Positions 38,027 to 47,312 of a stretch of DNA of 64,000 nt are shown piece after piece (position 1 is the first letter of the stretch; every line of letters begins with the position of its first letter). The position numbers and the translations under genes were made by a program. Location of the stretch: the NCBI GenBank assembly GCA_964417855.1, contig CAYQJB010000001.1, positions 230,709 through 294,708 of the forward strand, in the 5' to 3' direction. The notes beneath the pieces are model-generated. The model made no database searches. It was not told the origin of the DNA and saw nothing but the letters and a program-made list of their open reading frames with translations. This stretch comes from an uncultured Candidatus Saccharibacteria bacterium (lineage in GTDB: Bacteria; Patescibacteriota; Minisyncoccia; Phycocordibacterales; CAIZLB01).

Positions 38027-39943
38027 ATGAAAAATAAAACACAGCTTAGATTCAGAAAATTGTTAAGCATAAACAAAACTTTAGTATTCTCTATGTTAAC
38101 AATGGCTTTACTGTTTTCAAATCTATTGGTAGGTGTAAACAAAGTATCGGCTGTAAGTATCTCAGAAGCTTCCAGAAAAGTAGTGGCTCCAACAATAACA
38201 GTAACTTCTCCAAACGGGGGTGAGATGTTTACTGTAGGTAAAACATACAAAATCAATTGGAAAAGTACCGGAGCTGCAGCTTCAAGAAAAGTACAGATAG
38301 GCATTATCGATACTCGTTTCAGCACAGAAGGTGGAGAAAGAGCTGAACAAATAATTGCTTTTTCAATTCCAAATGACGGAAGCTATTCTTGGAAGGTGCC
38401 TGCAAAAATAGGTACTATGAACCTAAATGTCACAACACGTCCTGTGTATAAAATAATTGTACATTCATATTTGGATTTAGAAACAGGGATAGGGCTTGGT
38501 GATTTAAGTAATGGTCCTTTTGCTATACAAGATCTTTCTCCTGTTATTTCATCGCTTTCACCTGTAAATGGTTTAGTTGGAAGTAAGGTAAAAATAACTG
38601 GCTCGGGTTTTAGACTCCCAAATAAAGTTATTTTTGTAGGCTCTACAAACGCAGTTGTTGGGCAAGGTTCAGACACTGTTTCTCCAATTAACGGTGAGTT
38701 TGTTAGTAAAGATGTAAAGCCTACAGATGATAATAATTTGGTAGTTACTATTCCGTCAAAAATGTCAGCACAGGGTGGCGAGGATGGGAAAAGCCATCTG
38801 GGGGCAGATGTTATCCCTGGTAATTATTACTTTATAGTTGAGACAGATAATGGTAAAAGTACCCCCACCTATTTCAAGGTTCGTTCAAAGGATCCGATAC
38901 AAAGTACGTCTACTCCGGTACAAGTTTCTCCAACAATTACATCAGCAGGGGAACCAGGTTTTGTGAAGGCTATGGCACGACCTGATCAAACTGGGGCTGC
39001 TGCAGATATTTACACAGCAACTTTTAATGTGAAGATTAAAGCTGAAGGAAAGGATGTTGTCCTTGGTCTCTCAAACTCACCATGGCCTTTATTTGGAAAA
39101 ACATCTGACTTTGTACAGATATATAAAAATGGTTCTATGGATCCATTGCTTTATGGTTTAAATGTAAACTATGCTGTGCCAGTAGGGGCAATTCCTTCTA
39201 CTGATGGTATGACATTTAAGGTTCTTGCTGGAAGTAGTGTTTCGGTTCCAGTGATGTATTCTTTTCAAGTTAAGGATTCTTCTGCAAGTCTTTACGGAAT
39301 TCAGTTAAAGGCCGTAGGTTTTGATTCTAAAGTTCTTGGTTTTAATCCACTAATGTCAGCTGGACCAGGAGTTCCTTCAGCCACAACTGCAACTATTGCA
39401 CCTGTTGTTACTACAATTGGTACACCTCTGTTTACAAAAAATTATTCAAATGGCCAGACTGGAGCATCTTTCTATACAGCTTCTTTTGAAATGAACATTG
39501 CAAATCCTTTAAATACAGACATTGTTCTAGGGCATCCAAATTCTTCATGGCCAGCATTCGGGACAAGTTCTAATTATGTTCAAATAATAAAGAATGGAGT
39601 TGTTGATATGGCGGATTATAATTTATCTGTTGTGTACGCTTCACCAACTGGTGCTATTAATTCTACCGATGGAAAGACATTTAAAATTCTGGCTCGTAGT
39701 GTGGCGAATGTAAGGGTTAGCTATTTATTCAGTAAAGCGAGTCAATCAGCTGATATCTACAAGGTTAATTTAAGAGGACTCGGATGGGGTACTGTAACTC
39801 AGCCAAATCAGATAGTCCCACTTAGTATCTCTACTCCGTTAGCTTTTGATATCAATAAGCTTTCCCAAAAAGCAAATGTAATGGATGCATTTGGGACATG
39901 GATTATGGATATATGGGATGGTGTGTTCGGTATATTTAGATAA
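38027..39943 (+). CDS. Secreted or surface Ser/Thr/Gly-rich protein with an internally duplicated domain of about 110 aa
   Basis: N-terminal signal or transmembrane segment. Two homologous segments: ...ADIYTATFNVKIKAEGKDVVLGLSNSPWPLFG...FVQIYKNG... and ...ASFYTASFEMNIANPLNTDIVLGHPNSSWPAFG...YVQIIKNG... Confidence 0.5.
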   Translation: MKNKTQLRFRKLLSINKTLVFSMLTMALLFSNLLVGVNKVSAVSISEASRKVVAPTITVTSPNGGEMFTVGKTYKINWKSTGAAASRKVQIGIIDTRFSTEGGERAEQIIAFSIPNDGSYSWKVPAKIGTMNLNVTTRPVYKIIVHSYLDLETGIGLGDLSNGPFAIQDLSPVISSLSPVNGLVGSKVKITGSGFRLPNKVIFVGSTNAVVGQGSDTVSPINGEFVSKDVKPTDDNNLVVTIPSKMSAQGGEDGKSHLGADVIPGNYYFIVETDNGKSTPTYFKVRSKDPIQSTSTPVQVSPTITSAGEPGFVKAMARPDQTGAAADIYTATFNVKIKAEGKDVVLGLSNSPWPLFGKTSDFVQIYKNGSMDPLLYGLNVNYAVPVGAIPSTDGMTFKVLAGSSVSVPVMYSFQVKDSSASLYGIQLKAVGFDSKVLGFNPLMSAGPGVPSATTATIAPVVTTIGTPLFTKNYSNGQTGASFYTASFEMNIANPLNTDIVLGHPNSSWPAFGTSSNYVQIIKNGVVDMADYNLSVVYASPTGAINSTDGKTFKILARSVANVRVSYLFSKASQSADIYKVNLRGLGWGTVTQPNQIVPLSISTPLAFDINKLSQKANVMDAFGTWIMDIWDGVFGIFR

Positions 39944-40078
39944 TCTAGGTTACGTAACAAGTTGGTGAAAAAACAGTATAGTGTAGCCCTTTTTTGGGTA
40001 TCATAATATGCTGTTTTTTTTGTGTCTCTGTATGAAGCTTTTTATAACAAAACCACTTTTTTATGATAGTATGTTTTC

Positions 40079-43000
40079 ATGACTGATTTAAAACAAGAAG
40101 ATAAATTGTTAGAAGATAAGGACAAAGGGGTAGAGAGCGCTATAGGCGATAAGATTACCACTGACGCTGTAATTGACGAAACTAAGCAAATTACAGAAAT
40201 CACTGAAACCCCAATAACTATTAAAGAAAAGGCTATTTTAAATTTTTGGAATGATAATCAAATTTTTGAGAAAACCCTGCTAAAAAATTCACCACTTGGT
40301 AACTTTGTGTTTTACGATGGTCCACCATACGCAACTGGGCTACCTCACTTTGGACACATGGTGCCAAACTCGTTAAAAGACCTTATCCCAAGATATAGGA
40401 CTATGAGAGGGTATCATGTAGATAGAAAATGGGGATGGGACTGTCACGGTCTTCCTGTTGAGAACCTGATTGAAAAAAGATTAGGACTTGCTGATAAAAA
40501 AGCTATTGAGGAATATGGTATTGATAAATTTAATATTGCAGCCAAAGAGAGTGTTTTAATTTATGCCGATGAATGGAAGGAGAGAATTCAAAGAATTGGT
40601 AGATGGTCAGACATGGACAATGATTACAGAACTATGGATTCTAGTTATACAGAATCTGTATGGTGGTCATTTTCAGAGTTGGATAAAAAAGGTCTTGTAT
40701 TTGAAGACTACAAAGTAATGCAAATTTGCCCAAGATGTGGAACTCCGCTTTCTAACTTTGAGGTTGCGCAGGGTTATAAGGATATTGTTGATATTTCATT
40801 ATATGCAAAGTTTCAAATAAATGATGAAGCTTCTTTTTCTACTATAAAAAAGTTTTACGATATAGATCCCGCAGTTAAAACTTCTTTTGTTGCTTGGACT
40901 ACTACTCCTTGGACTCTTCCTGGAAACGTGGCTCTTGCAGTAAATCCAGAATTAAATTATGTAATTGTCTCAGCTAAATCAGAAACTGTTGCCGGCGGGT
41001 CAACAGAAGGTACTCTTGAAAATTATATTATTGCAGAAAGTCTTTTTGAATTACTTAAAACTAAAAAAATAATTCCTGAAGATTCTACATTGTTGTCACT
41101 GCGGGACACAAAGAATTCATTAACTGGAAATGATTTGGCTGGTGTTTCTTATGAGCCAGTTTTTGATTACTACAAAAAAGAGGGAACACTGGAAACTTCA
41201 GAAAAGGATAGAAAAAATATTTGGAAAGTTTATACAGCTCCTTTTGTTACAGCAGAAGATGGTACAGGAATAGTTCATATTGCACCTGCGTATGGAGATG
41301 ATGACATGAAGTTGTCTAAAACAAATTCAATTCCCGTGATTAAGCACGTTGGATACGATGGACATTTTGTTGATTTAGTTGAGGAAATGAAAGGAAAAAT
41401 TGCTAAACCAAAGGAAGATCATCAAAGTTCTGATATTGAAATCATCAAAATCTTAGCTCATAAAGGCGTTCTGCTTGCAAAAGAAAAGATGACTCACTCA
41501 TACCCACACTGTTGGAGATGTGAGACACCATTAATAAACTTTGCAACATCAAGTTTGTTTGTTAGAACAACAGCTCTTAAGGATAAGTTAATTGCAGAAA
41601 ATAATAAAATAAATTGGGTGCCAAAAGAAATTGGATCCGCTCGTTTTGGCGATTGGTTGGAAAATGTTAGAGATTGGGCAATATCAAGAACGAGATTCTG
41701 GGGAGCGCCTGTTCCTATGTGGAAATCAGAAAGTGGAAAAACAGAAATCCTAGGATCATATGCTGAGCTTAAGGAAAAAATTAGACAAAGCTCAAATAAT
41801 AATAAGTATGTACTAATGCGACACGGTGAATCCGAGTCCAATGTACATGACATTATAAATTCACACGATCTTAACCTTTATGGTCTAACTGAAAAAGGTG
41901 TTGCTCAAGTTGAGGCTGCTGCAAAACTTTTAGACGCTACTGGTGTTGTATCAAATGCTGTAAACAGCGATGCTGAGGAAGGTTCAAATGACAGTGTAGA
42001 TAAAACAGGAGCGAAGCGTCCAATAACAAAAATGTATTGTTCAGATTTTAGAAGAACAAAAGAGTCTGCGAAAATTTTGGCAAAGACTTTGGGAATTGAT
42101 GAATCGAACATAATCTATGACGCAAGACTTAGAGAGTGTGATGGTGGCGAGCTTGAAGGTCGTTCTTGGAATGAAAGGCTTACATGCTTTATGACAGAAT
42201 GGCAAAAAGTATTTCTAAAGCCATATGGAGGGGAGTCAACTTTTGATATTAAAAAGAGAGTTGCTAATTTTCTTTATGAAACTGACTCTGCAAACAAGGA
42301 CGAGAATATCTTGATTGTTACACATGGACTTCCTGCAAGAATGATAAAGGAAGTTGCTAAAGGGCGAACAACAAGAGATATGATAAGAAGTGGATGGCAG
42401 GATCGTTCTGATATAAATGCTTCACTTCACTACATTGATTTCGTTCAATGGCCTCACGATGATAATTTTGAACTTGATATTCACAGACCTTTAATTGATG
42501 CTGTAACTTGGAAAAATGAAGAAGGTGAATTAATGAAAAGAATTCCAGATGTTTTTGATGTTTGGTATGACTCTGGTTCTATGCCTTTTGCTTCTCAGCA
42601 TTATCCTTTTGAAAACAAGAAGGAGTTTGAAATGCCAGATAGTAAGATATTCCCAGCTGATTATATTGCCGAAGGATTGGATCAAACAAGAGGTTGGTTT
42701 TATTCTCTACTTTGTCTTGGTGTTGGATTGTTTGATAAGTCACCATTCAGAAATGTTTCAGTAAACGGACTTGTTCTAGCAGAGGACGGCAAGAAGATGT
42801 CAAAGAGTCTTAATAACTTCCCAGAGCTTATGGGGGTAGTTGAAAGATATGGCGCTGACTCACTTAGATATGCATTGGTCACATCGCCCGTTGCACAAGC
42901 TGAGGATTATGCCTTTTCTGAAAAAGCATTAGATGAAGTTAATAAAAAGCTATTCAATAGATTGGATAATGTTTATACATTCTACAAAACTTATCGTGAC

Positions 43001-43900
43001 ATGTTTGGAGGTGAAATTGAACAAAGTTTTTATCAGCTTGTTTCCAAAAATGTCTTAGATCAATGGATTGTGGCAAGACTTAAGAAATTGAGTAATGACA
43101 TGACGAGGGATCTTGATGCGTATCTGATATCAAAAGCTATTCGTCCAATAAATCAATTTATCGATGATCTATCAACTTGGTATTTAAGAAGATCAAGAGA
43201 CAGATTCAAAGGTGATGATGTTGAAGATAGAAACTATGCGATTTCAACAATGAGATTTGTCTTAATTAATCTTTCTAAATTAATAACACCAGTAACACCA
43301 TTTTCAGGAGAGGATTTGTATCAAAAGATTAAATTAGATAATATTGGTGATTTAAAATTAAGTGTGAACCTAGAGGAATGGCCAAATCTTGGCGAGCTTT
43401 CTGATGAAGAAGAGACACTGCTTGCTAATATGGAAACAGCGAGATCTCTTGTTGAAACTGGATTGTCTCTTCGTGCAAAATTTCAGATAAAAGTTAGACA
43501 ACCTCTTGCTTCATTTGTTTATGCAAACAAGGAAGGAGAAACTCTACCGGTGAGCATTGAGGAGATTATTAAAGATGAACTAAACGTTAAGTCTGTTGTA
43601 GCGGGCAGTGCTGTAGCACTCGATATAAACCTAACACAAGAATTAAAGGAAGAGGGGATGTCCAGAGATCTAATTAGAGCTATTCAGGAGGCTAGAAAAG
43701 CTTTTGGTTTTTCTCCACAAGATAAAATTATTCTGGAATTAGAAGATAATGCTGTTGGAAAAATGTTAGAGTCTAAGTATTCTGCCTCAATTGCAAAAAC
43801 TGTTCTCGCAAACAGTTTGGTGCTTATGGATTTTGAGGGAGGAGAGGCTGTGTCTATTGGAGATCAAGAAATACATTTCACAATTAAGGCTGTTGTATAA
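40079..43900 (+). CDS. ileS: Isoleucine--tRNA ligase carrying an inserted histidine-phosphatase (RHG-motif) domain of about 225 aa
   Basis: YDGPPYATGLPHFGHM (HIGH), CP1 editing signature TTTPWTLPGN, WAISRTRFWGAPVPMW and KMSKSLNN. Between the FWGAPVPMW segment and DVWYDSGS lies YVLMRHGESESN...ILIVTHGLP (histidine phosphatase branch 1). Confidence 0.9.
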   Translation: MTDLKQEDKLLEDKDKGVESAIGDKITTDAVIDETKQITEITETPITIKEKAILNFWNDNQIFEKTLLKNSPLGNFVFYDGPPYATGLPHFGHMVPNSLKDLIPRYRTMRGYHVDRKWGWDCHGLPVENLIEKRLGLADKKAIEEYGIDKFNIAAKESVLIYADEWKERIQRIGRWSDMDNDYRTMDSSYTESVWWSFSELDKKGLVFEDYKVMQICPRCGTPLSNFEVAQGYKDIVDISLYAKFQINDEASFSTIKKFYDIDPAVKTSFVAWTTTPWTLPGNVALAVNPELNYVIVSAKSETVAGGSTEGTLENYIIAESLFELLKTKKIIPEDSTLLSLRDTKNSLTGNDLAGVSYEPVFDYYKKEGTLETSEKDRKNIWKVYTAPFVTAEDGTGIVHIAPAYGDDDMKLSKTNSIPVIKHVGYDGHFVDLVEEMKGKIAKPKEDHQSSDIEIIKILAHKGVLLAKEKMTHSYPHCWRCETPLINFATSSLFVRTTALKDKLIAENNKINWVPKEIGSARFGDWLENVRDWAISRTRFWGAPVPMWKSESGKTEILGSYAELKEKIRQSSNNNKYVLMRHGESESNVHDIINSHDLNLYGLTEKGVAQVEAAAKLLDATGVVSNAVNSDAEEGSNDSVDKTGAKRPITKMYCSDFRRTKESAKILAKTLGIDESNIIYDARLRECDGGELEGRSWNERLTCFMTEWQKVFLKPYGGESTFDIKKRVANFLYETDSANKDENILIVTHGLPARMIKEVAKGRTTRDMIRSGWQDRSDINASLHYIDFVQWPHDDNFELDIHRPLIDAVTWKNEEGELMKRIPDVFDVWYDSGSMPFASQHYPFENKKEFEMPDSKIFPADYIAEGLDQTRGWFYSLLCLGVGLFDKSPFRNVSVNGLVLAEDGKKMSKSLNNFPELMGVVERYGADSLRYALVTSPVAQAEDYAFSEKALDEVNKKLFNRLDNVYTFYKTYRDMFGGEIEQSFYQLVSKNVLDQWIVARLKKLSNDMTRDLDAYLISKAIRPINQFIDDLSTWYLRRSRDRFKGDDVEDRNYAISTMRFVLINLSKLITPVTPFSGEDLYQKIKLDNIGDLKLSVNLEEWPNLGELSDEEETLLANMETARSLVETGLSLRAKFQIKVRQPLASFVYANKEGETLPVSIEEIIKDELNVKSVVAGSAVALDINLTQELKEEGMSRDLIRAIQEARKAFGFSPQDKIILELEDNAVGKMLESKYSASIAKTVLANSLVLMDFEGGEAVSIGDQEIHFTIKAVV

Positions 43901-43962
43901 GCTGTATATAAGTGAAAGTGTGTTTACTACAACCCTATTCCTAAGTTATTTAATTTACTACT

Positions 43963-44559
43963 ATGTCATATAGAATTTATCACACCGATGGATATATAAT
44001 AGATAGTTCAAGCTCGGGGGAGTCTAATAAAGTTTTTACAATTCTAACTGCAGAGCTAGGTACTATTATTGCTATCGCACAAGGGGTGCGTAAATTGCAA
44101 TCAAAACTAAGATATAGTTTACAGGACTTGAGTTTTGCTAAATTTGCCTTAGTTAGGGGAAAGGACATTTGGAGAATTACGGGGGCGGAAAAAATCGTTA
44201 ATATTTATGACAAAAAAGTTCCAATTCAAATTAGACAATCCTTGGCTAGAATTCTAACTTTCATTAAAAGGCTTTCGCCGGGTGAGGCTGTAAACAAAAA
44301 AGTATTTGAGGAGTTTGGAAAACTACATAAGGTTTTAATCTCATCGAAGCTTGTAAGAGATAGGAATGATTTAATTGCAATAGAAACGCTTGCATGCCTT
44401 AGGGTTGCTCATCATTTTGGATATGGAACACCAAGTGAAAAATTGAAGGACATTGTTTATTCATCAGTTTGGGATGAGGGAGTGAGAGACTCGACATTAA
44501 TTTCAATTGAGGAAGCTAAGAGAGAGCTGTCTTCTGTCTTGGCTGAAGCTCAACTTTAA
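43963..44559 (+). CDS. RecO-like DNA repair protein (short form)
   Basis: The N-terminal OB-fold pattern YHTDGYIIDSSSSGESNKVFTILTAELGTIIAIAQGVRKLQSKL resembles RecO GIVL..DYGESDKIV.L.T.E.G.I.AIAKGAR. Confidence 0.5.
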   Translation: MSYRIYHTDGYIIDSSSSGESNKVFTILTAELGTIIAIAQGVRKLQSKLRYSLQDLSFAKFALVRGKDIWRITGAEKIVNIYDKKVPIQIRQSLARILTFIKRLSPGEAVNKKVFEEFGKLHKVLISSKLVRDRNDLIAIETLACLRVAHHFGYGTPSEKLKDIVYSSVWDEGVRDSTLISIEEAKRELSSVLAEAQL

Positions 44560-44623
44560 TTTGTAATTAGTTTATCTAAATAGCACTATATGTGACTGAT
44601 GGCTGTATCCCCGCTTCTGTGAG

Positions 44624-44703
44624 GTGATTTAGTAAAATCACCTACTGGGTGATTTAGCCAAATCACCTACTGGGTGGTTTAGCCAAATCACCTACTGGGT
44701 GAT
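44624..44703. repeat. Three tandem 25-nt palindrome-containing repeats (operator-like) overlapping the promoter of the downstream gene
   Basis: GTGATTTAGTAAAATCACCTACTGG, GTGATTTAGCCAAATCACCTACTGG and GTGGTTTAGCCAAATCACCTACTGG, then a partial GTGAT followed by TATAAT (-10) at 44703-44708. Each unit contains the inverted repeat GTGATTT-N4-AAATCAC. Confidence 0.7.
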
Positions 44704-44715
44704 ATAATTTATGAT

Positions 44716-46647
44716 ATGAATGATGAAGAAAAAATCGAAGAGCTGAAAAAAAAGCTTTACTCTCGAGTAGATAATCTACCAAAAATGAAACATGCCAAAC
44801 TGCATGAGCATCATGTCTTGGTAAACAGAGACTGGGATGAAAAGGGGGAGCAGGCAGGGATACCAAAAATTGAATATGGAAAAAATAAAACTCACTCATT
44901 CCTAAAAGGTATGGCTGTTTTTGCTGTAATATTTTTCTTGATTGCCGCTGCAATAGCTTATTATTTTTTCATGGTCAGCCCCAATACAATTTCTAATGCA
45001 AATATTGGAATAAACATATCAGGGCCTATTACAGTTTCTGCAGGCCAAGAACTTTCACTGGACGTAAGTATATTCAATAATAATAGTGTAGCAATTGAAT
45101 CAGCAGACCTTGTTGTTACATACCCAGAAGGAACAAGAAATTCTGTAGATAAGGTGACGAGCCTTGTAACCGATAGGACTCCAATAGGAGATATAGCGGC
45201 CGGCGCTAATCAAAGAGTTACAATAAAGTCTATTCTTTTGGGGGAGGAAGGCTCAACAAAAAATATATCTATTGCTTTGGAGTATAAAATGCCTGGTACA
45301 AACAGTCTTTTTATTAAGCAAAAAGATTATCCAATAGGCATAGGAACAGGTCCTGTTTCCGTGACCGTTGATTCTGTTAAGGAAATCACCCCAGAACAAA
45401 ATACAAAATTTACTGTATCTGTTAAATCTAACTCTTCAGATGTTATCAGAGATGTTGTTCTTAGGTCAGAGTATCCTTTTGGATTTAATTATATATCTGC
45501 AGTCCCTGGTCCGTCATCATCAAATAATAGTTGGAGACTGGGAGACATCGCACCAGGTGAGGTGAAGAAAATTGTGGTAGAAGCAAAGATTTTTGGGCAA
45601 GCTAATCAAGAGAGAACTGTTAGATTCTATGCTGGAACTGCGCAAGCCAAGGATCCAAATGAAATAGACACGACCTTCGCTTCATATTCACAGACGGTTA
45701 ATTTGAAGGATCCATTCTTAGGGGCTGATGTAGCTATAAATGGCAAGGGGTCAGAAATCGTTATTGTTAACAGTGGGCAGTTTATTCAGGGCGATATTCT
45801 GTGGAAGAATAATCTCGATGTTTCTGTTCATAATGTTCAAATTCTAGGTGTTCTAAATGGTGTAAGCGTAGACAGAAGCTCAATTATTGCAGAAGGTGGA
45901 TTTTATAAATCTAGCGATGATACCTTATCTTGGGAAAAGAGTACCAATCCAGAACTGGAAGACATCGCACCCAATCAAAGTGGCTCAGTCCATTTTAATA
46001 TGAAAGTTTTTGATTTAACAAAGGATCTAGCCTCAAATTTAAGAAGACCAGAAGTAACATTGGTTTTTTCGGTTAAGGGAACTAGATTAAATGAAAATAA
46101 AGTTTCTGAGGAAGTGACTTCACAGGCCTCAAGAAAAATAAGAGTTGCGAGTGATCTAGCTCTAGACACAAGGTTGCTTTACAATGATGGACCATTTGAA
46201 AACACAGGTCCATTGCCCCCAAGAGTAGATAGTAAAACAACTTACACGGCAAATGTGAAGATTTCAAACTCATATAATAATGTTAGGGGTGTAATTTATA
46301 CGGCCTCGCTACCGATATATGTAAAATGGCTGGGGAATGTAAGTCCAATGACCGCCAGTTCAACAGTTGTTTATGATGCTGAGAACAGAACTGTGACTTG
46401 GAATGCAGGGGACATTGCACCTGGTACTGGTTATATTTCTAATCCAAAAGAAATGACATTTCAAGTTGAGTTGTTGCCAAGTCTTTCTCAGCAGGGCCAA
46501 TCTCCAATTATTGTAAGTAATCAAAGAATAGCTGGTACTGATAGTTTTACTAATACAGTTGTTACAGCCAATGGGTACTCCTTAAACACCCAAATTAAGC
46601 TAGATTCAAAATATGATATGGATTTGGACAAGGTGGTTGGGAAGTAG
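44716..46647 (+). CDS. Membrane-anchored surface protein with repeated beta-rich (CARDB/DUF11-like) domains
   Basis: Cytoplasmic N-terminus, one transmembrane helix, then repeated patterns such as ISGPITVSAGQELSLDVSIFNNNSVAIESADLVVTYPEG and the recurring GDIAPG. Confidence 0.4.
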   Translation: MNDEEKIEELKKKLYSRVDNLPKMKHAKLHEHHVLVNRDWDEKGEQAGIPKIEYGKNKTHSFLKGMAVFAVIFFLIAAAIAYYFFMVSPNTISNANIGINISGPITVSAGQELSLDVSIFNNNSVAIESADLVVTYPEGTRNSVDKVTSLVTDRTPIGDIAAGANQRVTIKSILLGEEGSTKNISIALEYKMPGTNSLFIKQKDYPIGIGTGPVSVTVDSVKEITPEQNTKFTVSVKSNSSDVIRDVVLRSEYPFGFNYISAVPGPSSSNNSWRLGDIAPGEVKKIVVEAKIFGQANQERTVRFYAGTAQAKDPNEIDTTFASYSQTVNLKDPFLGADVAINGKGSEIVIVNSGQFIQGDILWKNNLDVSVHNVQILGVLNGVSVDRSSIIAEGGFYKSSDDTLSWEKSTNPELEDIAPNQSGSVHFNMKVFDLTKDLASNLRRPEVTLVFSVKGTRLNENKVSEEVTSQASRKIRVASDLALDTRLLYNDGPFENTGPLPPRVDSKTTYTANVKISNSYNNVRGVIYTASLPIYVKWLGNVSPMTASSTVVYDAENRTVTWNAGDIAPGTGYISNPKEMTFQVELLPSLSQQGQSPIIVSNQRIAGTDSFTNTVVTANGYSLNTQIKLDSKYDMDLDKVVGK

Positions 46648-46663
46648 TACTAACTGAAATTTT

Positions 46664-47226
46664 TTATTCACCAATACAGTAATAATCTGGGAATGTTTCC
46701 GTGATGCCATTATAGGTATAACTAAATTTTTCTCTCAAAAGAGAATCTAAATTATAGTTTGGTGAATTAAAATATAGAAGCCATTGAACAGTTCTGCCTC
46801 CGCACATTCTGGGATACCCAGCATTAATTAATACTAAAGGTCCACTGTAGTTAATTGAGATTTGGGAAGTGTCTCCACCGCTATTAATTTGTATTAAACC
46901 TTTTGCTAGTTCCGGAGATTTTGAAATAGCTTTATCTAAAACTAGATCATTAAAAAAGTCAATCTCATTTTCGCCCAAAGCGAGGTCTACTTCACTATAC
47001 GGGTCTACGTCTAAATAGTGGCCATTTTTTGTATAATATATTTCTTGAGCGTAATTAAATTTTTAAGATTTTCAACAAAAGTTATAGCTTGAGCTCGCTG
47101 TCTAGCCTTACTTACAGATACAAGCACAACGCTTGAAAGAAGAGCAATTATTGAAATAACAACCAATAACTCGATAAGAGTGAATCCTCCCGCTTTTCTT
47201 ATTTTAAAACAAGATGTCGGCTTCAT
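46664..47226 (-). pseudogene. Type IV pilin / pseudopilin split by a frameshift
   Basis: The upstream ORF (47226-47011) has a prepilin N-terminus KAGGFTLIELLVVISIIALL. The downstream ORF (46978-46664) is in another frame and carries a pilin-like C-terminal Cys pair (PRMCGG...YYCIGE). The frames overlap around a T/A homopolymer near 47025-47065. Confidence 0.5.
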
Positions 47227-47312
47227 GTATATATATTAACACATAAATATTGTATTAATTAAGTAGTCGGTATCATTTTTGATTAATGTGAAAAAACTGG
47301 TACTATATTGCT

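Noticed and set aside
37972-38325. A 117-aa minus-strand ORF.
   Set aside because: It fully overlaps the start of the 638-aa + strand surface-protein gene, which has a signal peptide and clear repeats.
44624-44703. The tandem 25-nt repeats as a CRISPR array.
   Set aside because: There are only three contiguous units with no spacers. Each unit is a palindrome fused to a promoter -10 box, consistent with operator sites rather than CRISPR repeats.
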